Origin: Callorhinchus milii
Taxonomy: Eukaryota
Length of the DNA: 64,000 nucleotides
Reading direction: 5' to 3'
Assembly: GCF_018977255.1 (NCBI RefSeq)
Contig: NW_024704742.1
Span: 93,498,001-93,562,000, forward strand
The notes beneath the pieces were generated by a model that saw only the letters and a program-made list of their open reading frames with translations, had not been told where the DNA came from and ran no database searches. Positions 25,885 through 39,945 of the stretch are shown here, piece after piece. Position numbers and translations under genes: made by a program. Within the stretch, counting starts at the first letter, position 1. Each line of letters begins with the position of its first letter.

Positions 25885-26452
25885 ACAACAACTTGCACTT
25901 ATAATAGCGCCCTCCACAGGGTAATGTCTCAGAGCGTTTAACAGTGGCGGAATCTGACTCCGAGCTGGGGAGTGGGGGAGATGGCCATAAGCATGGTCGA
26001 TGAGGAAAGTTTTTAGGTGGGATTTGAAAAGGGAAAGATGGGGCAAGGCAGAGGGATTGAGGGAGAGTGTTCCAGAGTTTCGGGGCATAGTGGCTGAAAT
26101 CGTGACCTCCAATGGTGGGGCGGAGGGTGCGAGGGACAAGCAAGAGGCTGGTGCCAGTCGAGCGGAGGCGCCAGTTGGTCGATTGGGAGTGAGGAGGTTG
26201 GAGAGGTAGGGAGATGCCAGAGAATAAATGGATTTGAACACGAGACTGAGGACCTTGAAGTTGATCCGTTCAGTGAAGGGCAGCCAGTGGAGCCTGGCCA
26301 GAACTGGTGAGATGGGGGTACGGAGTTTGGTTCGGGTCAGTATGTGGGCGGCAGAGGTTTGAATGAGCTGGATTTTTTGAATAGCGGAGCTGGGGAGACT
26401 GGCGAGGAGTGCATTTGAGTAATCCAGGTGAGACGTGACAAACGCATGAACA
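25885..26452 (-). mobile_element. L2-type LINE 3' fragment
   Basis: HAFVTSHLDYSNALL...LARLHWLPFTERINFK...WN-like C-terminus; tail ...AAGTGCAAGTTGTTG. Confidence 0.9.
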
Positions 26453-28864
26453 TACAGTTTCTTTCCTGGCTTCAGTCTAAAGGGTAGCATTTAAGATATT
26501 GACAATTTATTTGCCCACAAAATACTCACTACACTTTACAGTACATGCCGTGAAGCACTTTTATACGTCTTGATGGGATAAGGCGCTACATCAAATAGAA
26601 GGATTATTATTTATCTGAAGTACAAGAATATTTGCATCCGTATCCTCTTATTTCAGTCTGTTTCACAAGGAATGGCAACACATACTGTATATGAGAATAT
26701 GATTTTTTAAAAGAAGTTTTTACTCAAGTCTTTGGTGGAAATTGTTTGGTGAGTAAGTGATCTTATTTCATGTTTCTACTTCTGAAATCAGTCATGGAAA
26801 AAGTACACAATAAATAATCCACACTTCAAGACATCCTTCCAAGTCTTTTGGAGGTGCTTTACAGGATTACTGTAGAGTGTGACTAGACAACTGCGGCAGC
26901 CAATTTGTGCATAGAAATGTCCAACCAACAGCCATAAACTGAATGACAAACTTTATTTGGGGGATTGTTGTCTGGACACCCGAAGAAACTCCAAAGAAAG
27001 CCAAGCTCTATCCATGTGCAACAAAAGGTGTGTTAGCTGGAACTGAACACCAAGGGATAGGTTAGAAGCTGAGAATGATCAGTATTCTAACATTGAAACC
27101 TGAGGATGGTATAACAAATGTCTTGCATTTTTGTAAGCATAGATGTTAGTTTGCATCAATGCATTCATACTGGTCAACGATGAGAGTAGCATCATTTCCT
27201 TAACTGGAGCTCCTGGTTCTTGAAACGAGTTGAACTACAGCTGTTTGTAGCAATTGCAAGCAGAGATCATCAATGAGGCCCCAGGTAATGCCAGACAAGT
27301 CTTAAACATTATTGCTCAATTGATTATTTTAATTTTAATTACATATTAGCCACTTGTTTTGTCAATAACAACGACTTACATTTTCGTAGTTTGCTTCACC
27401 CAGCTAGCATCTCAAAACACTTAAAACCTTAAGACTGGTTTGTCGAACTGGATGGATTTGATTCAATATAAACATACTAGTGTGAGCTGAAATGGCATAC
27501 GGGAAAATCTGCATGAGCTTGACCTCAGGGCAAAGTAGACAATTTTTAATTGTATCTCGGCCACTTAACAGTATTTGATTAATAGAGGAAAGAAGCAACT
27601 TATCAGTTTCCTATAAAATATTTAAGTGAGACCCACCCCCTACTCCTTTGGCCCCCATCCCATCCAGCTTCCAATGACCCAATTACCCCACTTCTGCCCC
27701 TGACTTAAGACAATGGGTTAATTTAAAAAGTAGCTTGATGTGTTAGTGGGAGGTCAATTGGGTTAATATTCTGGACCAGATGGGCTGAAGAGCCTTTTTC
27801 ATCCAAAGTAATCTTATGTGAGAAAGTCAAGCAAGAGCCAGAAATCATCTCTCTAATGTCATTGTCTCTAAAGACCAAATACGCCCTTCTTGACATGAAA
27901 GGTGTTTTCCCTATTTTCCTGGAAACAATCTTACAGATACTGGATTTGAATGGACTGTTTCCAGGGAAATACCAGACAGTGTTTTACGAATAGGGGAAAT
28001 AGCACCTCGCCTCAACGTTTCGAGCTCTGTAAAATGGTGAACCTCCAATGTCAGACACAGTCCATGCCACTCAATAGTAAGAGGACCAAGCCCACGTGAG
28101 AACCTCTCAAGGACTCAAACATACATAGCTTGGTTGGAATAATCTTGCTGATCATCTGTGCTAACACCACATTACATTGCTCCTCTACGTGGAAGGTGAT
28201 ATTGAGAGAGAAGCAGAGGTATGTTCCAGCCTTCAGACAAACTGAAGTTCACACACAAAACATGCAGTCACTCCACTTTATAATATATCCTGTGAAGTGC
28301 TTTGGGACAGCCTTCTGACATGAGCAGTGCTAAACCAGATGTTAGGATTATTATTATTATTAATAATGAAAATTAATTCTTATTTGGTGCAAAATGGCCC
28401 CAATTATAACAAAAAAAACAACACATTTCTATTCTCCAGAGCACGTATCGTTTTAGGGACATTCTGAATAGTGTGCATGAACAGCGAAGCATAAGTAACA
28501 ACTGTCAGACAGTCTCAGACAGTCTACCAAGGTCACACCCCACAGTCTTGACAATTCTCTAAAGCGGCAAGCCGGTAATGAAAATAGTATCGTTAACACT
28601 AAATTGGCCGCCTCCAGGGAATGGAGATCAGCGCATACTTCATAACACAATTCATTTCTCAGGAAGGTCAGGTCATTACCAGATGCATTGAAGGCAGACA
28701 TAAACAGTTAAGTAAACAAAGTCACTGCCATGAAATACTGACTCAATCCAATTCACATGGCATTGACCTTGCGCTTGCTGGTGGAGTCCACAGACACCTC
28801 TAATGGTGCCACTGAGGTAGAGTTCAGCTGCGGAATTACTCTGGCATCTTCCAATTTACTCACG

Positions 28865-29310
28865 GTTATAATAATAATCTTTGCATTTTGATACAGTGTC
28901 TTTTAAGCGCTTTGGGATGTCCTCCTGATGTGAAAAGCGCTATATCAAATGCAAGGATTATTATTATTATTATTATTATGTCATTGGGAAGTCTCAAAAT
29001 GCTTCACAGAATATATTGTAAAGTGAATTGCCTGTGTAGAGTACTTTGTGGGCGAAACACAGTGTCGAAACACACTTGCGCACAGCAGTGTCTCACAAAC
29101 AGTTGTGGATGGAGTGATCAACATTTGTTGGGGGTGGAGGGATTGTTACCTCTGGAAAGCAATCTGCTAATCGACTAAACAGACGGTTCCTACTTACTGC
29201 TAGGTAAATAGAGATGCGTGTAGTAAGGAAACTTGCTTAAGATTTTGCCCCATCTGGAAATCAAACCTAGGTCCTCTCGCATGCAAAGTGAATGCGCTAA
29301 CAATTATGCT
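28865..29310 (-). mobile_element. Degraded tRNA-SINE plus L2-type tail pieces
   Basis: GGTTCCTACTTACTGCTAGGTAAA core and reverse-complement tRNA head; GTGAAAAGCGCTATATCAAATGCAAGG(ATT)n tail. Confidence 0.65.
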
Positions 29311-30694
29311 AAGAGAATGGTTGGAGCAGACAACTCAAAAGAGTTACCACCAGAATCCCTGTTACCCATGACAAAGCCGGAAGCAGTTTTGACACAATTA
29401 AAAACTGGAGTCTCGTCCAATGTGAAATTGCAGCAGATCAATCTAACGCACTGTCCCTGTTCATGTAATGTTGCCTTTGGGAAGGTTAAATTGTTGATGC
29501 TGGTGCAGAATTCCAGGAGGATTTCCCCGTAAATGGAGATTTTATAGCCCTGAAAGTTGAATGGGTGCTTGCCGTGTTTTTTCCCCGAACACTAAATCCT
29601 TGATCTTGGAAATGCATAAATCAAGAGCACAAAAGCAATGGGTCAGCAGAGATGCCAAACATGCTATTATTTCCCCAGATTTTGCTCCCCTTGGGGATCC
29701 CAAAATCCTAATGTTATTGCAGCCGCAGCAATTGTCCAGGTCACCTGTCTCGGTGGATGTAACTTGCTTCTGTCACAGTGGGAGGCTAATGTATCTTAAT
29801 GAGCACCTTCCTCACATTTCCTCACACACCTTCTAATTTTTCTAATTTTCCACTTCTTGTACACTAAAGAGATAGGTGAAACTCAGCTTAAAATTGAGTA
29901 CATTGTGGTTTGAAGAATGAAGCTCTTTGATTTTGCAGTTGCAGGTTAATCAGCCAGGCCTGAGAAACTGCTCCTGTCTAGAATTTTAGGCTATATTGTT
30001 GAGCATTTCTTTTTCACTCTGAATACCTAACCCCGGGATTTCTAAACAGATGTTCATCCAGCATTGACTGCTTTCGCTGCATGTCTATTGCTTATACATT
30101 TTGGGCCAAAAAGCTAAATAAACAGATTCTTCAGGACCAGTGGCAAGAGGTGAAATTTAGCCCAGTGCAACCTATTTATTGCATTAAGTTTGAAAAATAA
30201 CTGACTTTTGCATTAGTTGATCAGTATATTTTGAATTTTTGGGGTTTCATAACAGATTTGCTCTGCTAATTATCACATTGATTCTGTTTATGTAATGTTG
30301 CATTTTTCCTTCCATTCTTAAAGACGTTCAGAGAACTTAACAGCTCCCTCCCCCAAATTCAGCGCAATGATTTGGGATCTCTTCTCGATGTGAAAGGTGC
30401 TGTACAAATGCAGTTTTGTTGTTTTTTGTTGTTAATTTGGTCCAAAGACCATTTTCAAATAATTTCAATGCAGCTCAATTATTTTTTCAATCCTGGAGCC
30501 AGTATTTGAGCCCTGCTTCACTGGATACTAATTTGAGATGCCACAAATACAAGGATTATTATTATATTTCAAATATAAAATTTGCTTCAAGATCACTGAG
30601 CCTCAGTTTTTTTCAGCTGACCTCAGCAACCATTTGGAACGGGTGACTGAGAAAGTACTGCTGAGATCAGAATGCTGGACCCTTGCAAGAAACA

Positions 30695-31270
30695 TCAACA
30701 CAACAAATTACATTTGTATAGAACCTTTCACATCAGGCGGACGTGCCAAGGCACTGAACAGTCAGGTTTCCACACACGAGCTGGTGGTGGGGTCAGGAGG
30801 GGTGGAGGGCAGGTAAGGGTAGGAGGGTGACCAAAGGCACGGTTGAAGAGGAGGCTCTTGAGATGGGTCTTGAAGGAGGCAAGGGATGGGGTGATGCGGA
30901 GGGACTGCGGAATGGCGTTCCAGAGGGTGGGGACAGAGAAGCTGAAGGCCCACCATCCAATGGTAGGGTGAGCAAGGGGACGTGAAGCAGGCAGGAGCTC
31001 ACTGAGTGGAGTGAGCGGACAGGTTGGTAGGGGGTTAGGAGGTCACAGAGCTAGGGAGAAGCAAGGCCATGGGGGGCTTTGAAGTTGAGGACCAGCATCT
31101 TGAACTGTATCCTCTGTGTGATGGGAAGCCAATGGAGTTGGGTGAGGATGGAGCTGATAGGGTCACGGAGCCTGGCGCGGGAGAGGACCCAGGCTGCAGA
31201 GTTCTGGATGATCTGCAGCCTACTGAAGAAGGAGTTACGAAGGCCGACAATCGAAAGATGGTTGGGAGGA
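30695..31270 (-). mobile_element. L2-type LINE 3' fragment
   Basis: RLQIIQNSAAWVL...LHWLPITQRIQFKMLVL on the - strand, with (TTG)n tail. Confidence 0.9.
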
Positions 31271-31734
31271 TATTCTGAAAAGATGAGATCAAATGGGCTG
31301 AATTTTTTCTTGCTCATAATCTTATGATCCAAACACTTTATATCCTTCTTTGATCTCTGACTTTTGAACATATACTGTATTCTCTTTAGGTGCAAATCCT
31401 TGACTTTCCAATGCCTTGGGACGTGCTCCTGACATGAACGGTGCTATACAAATGTAATTTGTTGTCATTATTAGTATACGTGCCTACAAATACACTACAC
31501 TTTACAATATATCCTGCAAAGCGCTTTGAGAACTTCCTCCTGATGTCAAATGTATCAAATGTAAGGATTATTATTATGTATTATTATAATCCTTCATCTT
31601 GTTATTTGACTGTGTTTCTTCTCGATCAGATCATTCTGCTTTGGTTTGCTCATATATGGTAAAAGATTGGTGAGCAATATTTTCTTATAAATTTTTTTGA
31701 GCCGAAGCCTCTGCTCTAAATTCATGTAGAGGAA

Positions 31735-32856
31735 ACAACAACAAATTGCACTTGTATATCAGCTTTCATGTTGGGAGGACATCGCAAAGCGCTGGACAGT
31801 GAAGTGTGTGCACCTGAGCTGGGGGTTGCGATCAGGAGGGGTGAAGGGCAGAGAGGGTGGGGATACGAGGGTAACCGAAGGCGTGGTTGAAGAGGAAGGT
31901 CTTGAGAACATCAGTCGGAGGAGAGCTAATTCTCTTCAGTTGAACATCAACAAGACCGAGGCTCACCTGATTGGCTCCCATCAGCTCCTCCACACCTCAG
32001 GTGCTAACAGCACCACCATCCATGGTTGCACACTCCACCTCACTGAGCCAGTCCAGAACTTTGGCATCTTGTTTGACCCTCAACTATCCTTTCTACCCTA
32101 CATCTGCGCCATGACCCGCTCTACCTTTCCCCACCTCCACAACATCGCTCGGTTCTGACACTGTCTCAAACCACAGACCGCCAAAACCCTCATACACACT
32201 TTCATTACATCGAGGCTCGACTATGCAAACTCATTGATTGTCGGCCTCCCCAACTCCTCCCTCCATAGACTGCAGATCATGCAGAACTCTGCAGCCCGGG
32301 TCCTCTCCCACACCAGGCTCCATGACCCTATCACCCCCATCCTCGCCCGACTCCACTGGCCTCCCATCACACAGAGGATACAATTCAAGATCCTGGTGCT
32401 CACCTTCAAAGCCCTCCATGGTCTTGCCCCCCGTCTCTACGACCTCTTAACACCCTACCATCCTGCTCACTCCCTCTGCTCAGCGGGCTCCGGCCTACTT
32501 CACACCCTCCGCCTCGCTCACCTCACTATTGGTGGGTGGGCCTTCTACCACTCTGCCCCCACTCTCTGGAACTCCATCCCGCTGTCCCTCTGCCTCACCC
32601 CCTCCCCTTGCCTGTTTCAAGACCCATCTCAAGACCCTTCTCTTCGACAATACTTTCGATCTCCCTGCTTCCCCTGCCCTCCACCCTCCCTGATCCCGAC
32701 CCCCAGCTCGGGTCTGAAACTCTGTCCGTCCAGGCCTTGGGAAGTCCACCCGACGTGGAAGGTGCTTTACAAATGTAATTTTGTTGTTGTTGTTGAAGCA
32801 GGCAAGAGAGGGGGCAAGGCGAAGGAATGTGGGATGGAATTCCAGAGGGTGAGCAT
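31735..32856 (+). mobile_element. L2-type LINE (+, ~31906-32795) inserted in an older - strand L2 tail
   Basis: LQLNINKTEA...FDPQLSF...RLDY...LHWPPITQRIQFK...LWNSIP plus TGTAATTTTGTTGTTG tail; flanks 31735-31905 and 32800-32856 are contiguous - strand L2 sequence. Confidence 0.88.
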
Positions 32857-33949
32857 GTAAACATTAGATAGCTTGCATTCTAGATCAAAAGCTGAATTCT
32901 TAATAGCAGCTTTGAACAAAATAATAAAATAAAGTGCTGCACAGGACTGGGATGCAATATTTGAGGAGCAAGAAGTTGTTATATAGATGGACACTTTAGC
33001 AGAATGCAATGTGCAATCAGAAATTGATTACAAACAGATTCAAAACAAATTTCTTTGTGTATAGAACATGATATCTCATGCACTGGTTTATAAGGCGTCT
33101 CCTGTTAATAGCACATCCATTGACTAGAGGCACAGATTACATCCAGCCAAAAAGAAGGCCAACACAAAGAATAAAAACTAATTTTATTGTGTATATTGGT
33201 TGCCAAGTAAAAACAACTGGTAAAGCAGCTTTAGCAAGTTTTTATAAAAACAATACTACACTTTGGACTTTGAATTAATGGGTAAACTAAATAGTGTTGA
33301 TATGCAATAGGTTTAAAAACCTGCCTGGGATCTAAGTTGTTAGAATATAGGTACACTTTTGTAGTACAAAGATGAAAACATATATGTGTGTGTTTAGGGA
33401 TGGGGGGGTAGGCAGAAAGCATCACATCACCCACCATTATCTTTGACATGTATCAAGTTGTGTTTGAAGGACTGGGATGTATTAAAACATAGAGATCTGC
33501 TTAGAATCCAATGTCAGCAATGATTTCTGTCACAGATTTTACAAAGATCTGGCTTGTCTTTCACCAATAACTTCAGTAACCCATTAATTGGTTACTACAA
33601 GTTTTGATCTTATTGTGATTACATGGGCAAAGACAACAAGATCAAATGAACCCAGGCCGACAATAGAACCCCAGGAAATCGCTGTTCAGTATATTTCATG
33701 CCAGCTCCTTTTCCCGTTAAAGAATTAGCTTGTAGTTTCTAAATGCTACATGAATCTTATAGATTCAGGAATATGAATATGTACACATCCAGATTTTAAA
33801 CCAACAACAACTTCCATTTATACAGTGTGCTTACTAAAAGTAGCAGGTAAAAGTATTAAAGAAAAGGAGAAGAATGGAAAGTTTGCAAGGCAATTTGGTC
33901 CTTTTCTTCACAGAACAGAACACAGCAGACAAACAAAAAGACAATCTGG

Positions 33950-34250
33950 ACGTCAGATCCATTCACTCCCTGAACATCTCCCAACCTCTCCGACCTCTTC
34001 TCTCCCCAATCCACCACCCCGCGTCTCTGCTCGACTGGCACCGGCCTCCTGCTCGTCCCCTGCACTCTCCGCCCAACATTGGAGGTCGCACTTTCAGCTA
34101 CTACGCCTCAAAACTCTGAAACACTTCCCCTCAATCCCTCCGCCTTGCCCCTCTCTCCGCTCTTTCAAGTCTTGCCTGAAAACTTTCCTCTTCGACCGTG
34201 CCACTTCCACTCTCCCGACCACCTCTCCCCGAACAAGTTGTTGTTGTTGT
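33950..34250 (+). mobile_element. L2-type LINE 3' fragment
   Basis: IGGRTFSYYA...FKSCLKTFLFD similarity to the other L2 copies; (GTT)n tail. Confidence 0.8.
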
Positions 34251-34919
34251 CAGGCTTTTCTCTCTCTTTCTCTTCTCAACCTTGTCCTCCTGACCTGTTG
34301 TTCTCCTCTCAGAAGACTGCAGGTAAACAATTCTGGCTCTCTTCTCACTCTAGGCAAAGCTGTTTGATCTAAAAGTTATTGGGGATGCTTGAAAGGACTG
34401 ATTCAATCTAAAGTTCAAGGAATTTGACCACTGTCTTTGGGGCAATTATCGTGGAACATCAGAGTGGTGAAGAAAAGAGAGGGAGAGAAAGTGGACAGAT
34501 GGGGAAGAGGCACAGAAAGTGCAGACAGGTCAAAGGAGAGGAAAAATAGTGAAAGAGGGGTTGGTGGTGAAGTGGACAGATGGGGTAAAGAATAGAAGAA
34601 CAAAGAGATGATAATATGTAAGAAAAGGGGGGTGAAGGATAGAGGGCATTATGATCATTAGCAACATTTGTCACTAAAATTCAGCACCTTGGGATGTCTT
34701 CCCGACGTGAAAGGCGCTATACAAATGTAATCTTGATGTTGTTGTTGTAAAATTTGTATCCAGAGGGATTTCAGCCAGCGTGGAACATCTACTGCCTGTG
34801 CTATGGGAGGACCGACTCTGGGTGTGGGACAAAGTGATTGTTTTATAAGGACTGCTCAAATTCAGCACTATTTAGAAATGGATTGCAATCTGGAGAATAC
34901 ATTGCAGAAAGCAGCAACC

Positions 34920-35172
34920 AGTGGGTAACCCTATCACCGAACGGATCGATTTCAAGATCCTCACACTTGTTTTCAAATCCCTTCATGCCCTGGCACTTCC
35001 CTACATCTTCGACCTACTTACCCCCCAACCCACAACCCGCTTGCTCCACTCGACTGGCTCTGGGCTCCTCCATGTCCCTTGTGTCCTCTGTTCCACCATT
35101 GGTGGCCGTACTTTCGGCCACTATGCCCTGAAACCCTAGAACACTCTTCCTCTATTCCTCCGTCTTGCCCCA
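34920..35172 (+). mobile_element. L2-type LINE fragment
   Basis: PITERIDFKILTLVFKSLHALALPY...IGGRTF. Confidence 0.8.
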
Positions 35173-35429
35173 CGTTTAGGTTTCTTTTTCTGTCCACTCG
35201 AGTTGCAATTTGATGTATGCCATTTGCCTTTCAGGTTCTCATAATCTGCGAGAGCCTTGACATGAAAATTTACCGGCTATCTGAATGTTAGGAATAGCAA
35301 AAAGTCATACCTGAATCTTCCCGCACCTGGCAGCCAATTGACCACAGCAGTATCCTACAAACAGTTAAGGATTGAGTGACCACATTTTTTTTTTGGAGGG
35401 ATAATAACCCCCGGTTACCGAACTGTCAT

Positions 35430-35790
35430 TGAATCATAGAATTGTACAGCACAAAAAGAGGCCATTCGGCCCATCGAGTTTGTGCCGGCTCTTTGAATAG
35501 AGCAGTTAATGTCAATCCCACTCCCCAGCCCTTTCCCCGTAACTCTGCAAACCCGTCCTTCTCAAATACCCGTCCACCGCTTTTTTAAAAGTAGTTATCG
35601 AATCGGTCTCGACCACCCTTTCAGGCAATGCGTTCCAGATTCGAACAACTCGTTGCATGAAAAAATGTCTTCTCACCTCCCCTTCTTTTAGAGACTATTT
35701 TGAATCTGTGACCTTGAGTCACCAACACACCCACCAGTGGAAACAGTTTTCCCCTTTCTAACCTATCAAAACCCCTCATGATTTTGAAAA
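35430..35790 (-). mobile_element. CR1 3' fragment nested in a - strand tRNA-SINE (35325-35897)
   Basis: Reverse complement closely matches 60380-60740 (VFKIMRGFDRLERGKLFPLVG); SINE body on the left and SINE head on the right. Confidence 0.88.
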
Positions 35791-37934
35791 CCTGTGTGGA
35801 GTAAGCAAACTTGCCCAAGGTTTTGTCCCGCCCGGGAATCAAACCAGGGTCCTCTCAGTTGCGAGACGAGTGCTCTAACCAATAGGCTACAGGACTTCAT
35901 AGGAACATCAGGGTGAAAATGTAGCGTTTCATAACAGATTCAGTATACATCATATTGAATCTGTTATGAACCACCACAGTTTTCACTATATTGTTTGGGA
36001 ACAATATTCAATGTTTTAATGAACGACATGGATGTATTCAGTCACTTTTATGTTGCAGAATATAGGTTAGTTTGGATGTGGAACACTAGGGGGCACTCTT
36101 ACACTACATTGTTCAAAGATTTACAAAACTGTTGAATTGTTCCTCATCTCCATTGTGCATTGCTTTTTAAAACCTTTACAATGCAGTTCATATTCATGTT
36201 AAAGAGATTAGATAACAATTACATTTATGCGGGACAAAGATTCAATGGAGAGGGCCTATAATATACAGGTGATTTTGCTAGAGCTTCAACATTGGGCAAT
36301 TGCTATACTTGAGATTGTCAGTTGGGGAGCTAGCCACTTATCTTTGCTGTTAGCTCATTCCGAACTAGCCTGAGTCTGCTGACTGAACTACTGATTTCTT
36401 CACCTTTAGATAGATCCCAGTGAACTTCCTAAACAGTCCTCTAGGTTATTCAATTATTCATTACTGACCTCTAATGTGAGACTTTGTTCTGAGCAAACAA
36501 CTATTGAGTTTACCTGCTCAAGTAATTTATTGACAGTCATTTATTGTGAAGTGTTTTGAGATACTTTGATGTGAAGCGTCATAAAAAGACTTCTTTCGGT
36601 GTGGACTGAAAAGAGCGGATCATTCAGTAGGCTGTTTCAAAATGATTTAAAAAATCACATGGAGGTGGGAGACCAATGAGCACTGCTACTTGCATGCATG
36701 CATGTATGCATGGTTCAGCGTTGGGGGATGCTACCCTGCTTGCGTTCTTGTTGTATTTGAGAACCATTTGGAGCCCAGCTTTCCCAAACTTTACAGCACT
36801 GAAAGCTTGGTTCCCACTATCACTGCGAAATCAGGAATATCCCTGCTGTCCCTTAATGCAATACAAAATTGGCAAGATTTATTCCTCTTGATTGGTTTGC
36901 TTCTTCTCTAGTTATCCCAATTTCTTTTCTCCTCTACTTTTTCCATTTTGCTCCCAAGTATTCCCTACTTACAGGCCCAGAAGTGAAAGCTGCCAAGGGC
37001 AAGAGGAGAAGGAAAGTGGAAAGGAAAGGCAATATTCACTTCGATAGAAGTGGATCTAAGCCTATGATAAGTTGTTGATAACCTTATGTAAAGTTTGCTG
37101 ATAACCTTATGGAGAGGTGACTGAAGGAATTCCCAGAGCGCTGAGAGGAAGAGAATATGTTACTGGTGACTTTGACAATATTGTCTCAGTACTGTGGGCA
37201 GGGTGAAAGGCCTAGCTCAAGCTGGGAGAGGAAGGAAAAGTGGGAGCAAACTTGAGTGTCAATAAAGCATTCCAGGACAGAGGACTGAAGATTGAAGATT
37301 CAAAGAGAGAGAGAAAATAAATTGCCACTTTTGATGGGATTGTAACAGAGGTAGTGATGATGAAGAAAGATGTAGTTCAAAAATAAGCCAACAACCCTCT
37401 GACCCAGAGACAAGAGTTATAGCTGAGCCAAGTTGACACAATGATGGGTGTCAGACACTGAGCAAGGAAGAAAGGGGAACAGGAGAGGGCAATGGAGAGG
37501 TGACGAAAGGGGTACCTGGGCAGCTGAGAGGAAGAGAGTACATCACACCAAGTCACAGAGTTAGAACTACATGTAATGCCAGACCCAATGGTGCAATCCT
37601 AAAGTGAGCTTACAAATTAAGAGTAAAACAGAAAGTACAGGTGAGAGTTCTATCTCGAAAGTAAATGCCATTGTGAGAGCCAGTCACCAAAAACAAAGGA
37701 TGAAAGCTGTTTTTGAAGGATAAATGGAAATGAAAGAATGCATGGCAGGAAGGCAATATTCAAGATAAGAGTGGAAACCCTCAGTTGGATTTTGCTTTCT
37801 CATTTGAGTTTCTATAATATAGTAATGTTTATTTACTATTGTGCCATTAACATTCTTGGTGTCAATCACCCAGGCATCCAAGAAGCCCAGAATCTCTCGT
37901 GGTCTTAAGCTTAAAATTATTGTCTTAATATTCA

Positions 37935-38257
37935 TGGAGTCCTGTAGCTCAATGGTTAGAGCACTCGTTTTGCAAGTGAGAGACCTGAGTTCAATTCCAG
38001 GCAGGGCGAAACCTTGGGCTAGTTTCCTTACTCCACACAGAGCCTAATAATAATCCCTCCAAAACCCAAAACAATAATAAATTGGTCATTTTCAATCTAC
38101 GACTGTTTGTGGGACATTGCTGTGCGCAATTGGCTGCCGCGTTCGCCCACAAATATACAGTCAATTCACTTTGCAGTGTGTTCTGTGAAGCGCTTTGGGA
38201 CGTCCTCCCGACGTAAAAAGCGCTATATCAAATGCAAGGATTATTATTATTATTATT
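37935..38257 (+). mobile_element. Full-length tRNA(Ala-like)-derived SINE with CORE-like segment and L2-type tail
   Basis: A-box TAGCTCAATGG, B-box GAGTTCAATTCC, TTGCAA loop; ACCTTGGGC..TTTCCTTACTC; tail GCGCTTTGGGACGTCCTCCCGACGT..GCGCTATATCAAATGCAAGG(ATT)n resembles the local L2 3' ends. Confidence 0.92.
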
Positions 38258-38419
38258 TAGGATTATACAAAATTCAGTCATAATTTTAAACTAGTTCTCA
38301 AAAAGAACTTTGCACAATCTTAAATTTCAAGACAATGATCTTAAGAACTAGGACCAGATAGAATTTGGGGTCTTGGTCAACTTTGCCCATGTGGACAAGA
38401 CATGCTGTCTTTTGACTGG

Positions 38420-38592
38420 TTCCCCCACCCGGCCCGCCTCACCATCGGTGGTCGGGCCTTCAGCCTCTATGCTCCCACCCTTTGGAATTCCATCCCACAT
38501 TTTCTTTGTCTTGCTCCCTCCCTTGCCTTCTTCAATACATGTCTCAAGACCTTCCTCTTCGACTGCGCCTTTGGCCACCCTCCCCCCAACCC
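38420..38592 (+). mobile_element. L2-type LINE fragment
   Basis: LTIGGRAFSLYAPTLWNSIP...LKTFLFD. Confidence 0.8.
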
Positions 38593-39173
38593 GCTATGCA
38601 CACATAATTTTGTACTGAAATACCATACAATAGGAACCTTTCTGTCCCTCACCCAAGTAGCCATTATTTATGTGTAAGCCTTAATTGTGTGCATTTTTGT
38701 TGGAAAGTTATTCCAACCTGTAGTTGTTTTTTGAGGGGGAAGGGGTAGCAGTCAAGCACATTTCTATTCTTGCCAGATGCTCACACATGCACCTTCCAGC
38801 ACGAGGCTCTGGCTGGTGATCAGGATCCTCCCACCTCCCTTATTTCAGGAGATCCAAGGCCAATTGTAGCAATACAACTGCTGCCTGGTGATCACCAAAC
38901 TCAACACTGACCTGCAATATTGTGGTCTGCCTGGTTTGTTGCTGCACTGTCTGCTCCATTTACCCGCTAGGACATTGGGGGAGTTTGATGCAGTTTCTTT
39001 TGTTGAAAAAATAGTACATCGAAGAGGTGACAAGTATGTATTTCTGTGAGGAAGATCGTGGCTGTTGAAAAGGTGAGTATGCAGAATGCTCAGTGGTTTG
39101 GTTTTGAAACTCTTAAACACGGCAGTGGATTTCCACTTGTGTCATATCTGGCTGCCCAAAATTGAGAAGGAAG

Positions 39174-39565
39174 TTCAAAGCCCTCCATGGTCTTGCTCCG
39201 CTCTACCTCCATGACCTCCTAACCCCCCTACCATCCTGCTCGCTCCCTCTGCTCAGCGGGCTCCGGGCTGCTTCACGTCCCCCGCCTCGCCCGCCCCACC
39301 ATTAGCGGGTGGGCCTTCTGCCACTCTGTCTCCACCCTATGGAACTCCATACCACAGTCCCTCAGCCTCAGCCCCTCCATTGCCACCTTCAAGACCCATC
39401 TCAAGACCCTTCTCTTTGACCGTGCTTTCAATCTCCTTGCTGCCCTCTGCCCTCCACACTCCCCCAACCCTACCCTCAGCTTGGGTTCATAACTCTGTCT
39501 GTCCAGCGCCTTGGGATGTCCTCCTGATGTGAAAGGCGCTATACAAATGTAATTTTGTTGTTGTG
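39174..39565 (+). mobile_element. L2-type LINE 3' fragment
   Basis: Near copy of 32405-32790 including the tail. Confidence 0.88.
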
Positions 39566-39945
39566 ATTTTTTTAAAAAAAATGTGCCAGAAGTGTTTTGG
39601 AGCAGATGATTAAATTAAAAGTTTTTTAAAAAATCGACATCTGAAATGCAAGTCAACAACAACAAAATTACATTTGTATAGTGCCTTTCACGTCAGGAGG
39701 ATGTCCCAAATCAGCTGATTTTTAGGAAAGTTGCAATATTGTGTGCAGTTCAAATGAACTTTTTAAAATTGAGAAATTGGAGAAACATGTTTAAGGAAAC
39801 ATAATTATGCTATTTGAAGAGGACATTTCCTGTTCACTTTACCAGTAAACATCAAGTTTGTTTGGATTGAGCTGCAGCTTGTGGAGCTCACTGGCTTGAA
39901 TCCTTCTCTGTGCTCAGTTTTGTGGTCTTGATCGACGCTGCATAT

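Noticed and set aside
31600..31660. Possible CDC14B exon end (ALVCSYM|GTAA)
   Set aside because: Upstream residues do not resemble KKIVHxT..QRKxANAAF; likely chance
37935..38010. Genuine tRNA-Ala gene
   Set aside because: Poor acceptor stem, and it continues into a SINE body and tail present in several copies
38990..39075. Possible CDC14 exon (KIVH motif and AAG|GTGAGT donor)
   Set aside because: In-frame stop before the donor and no further similarity
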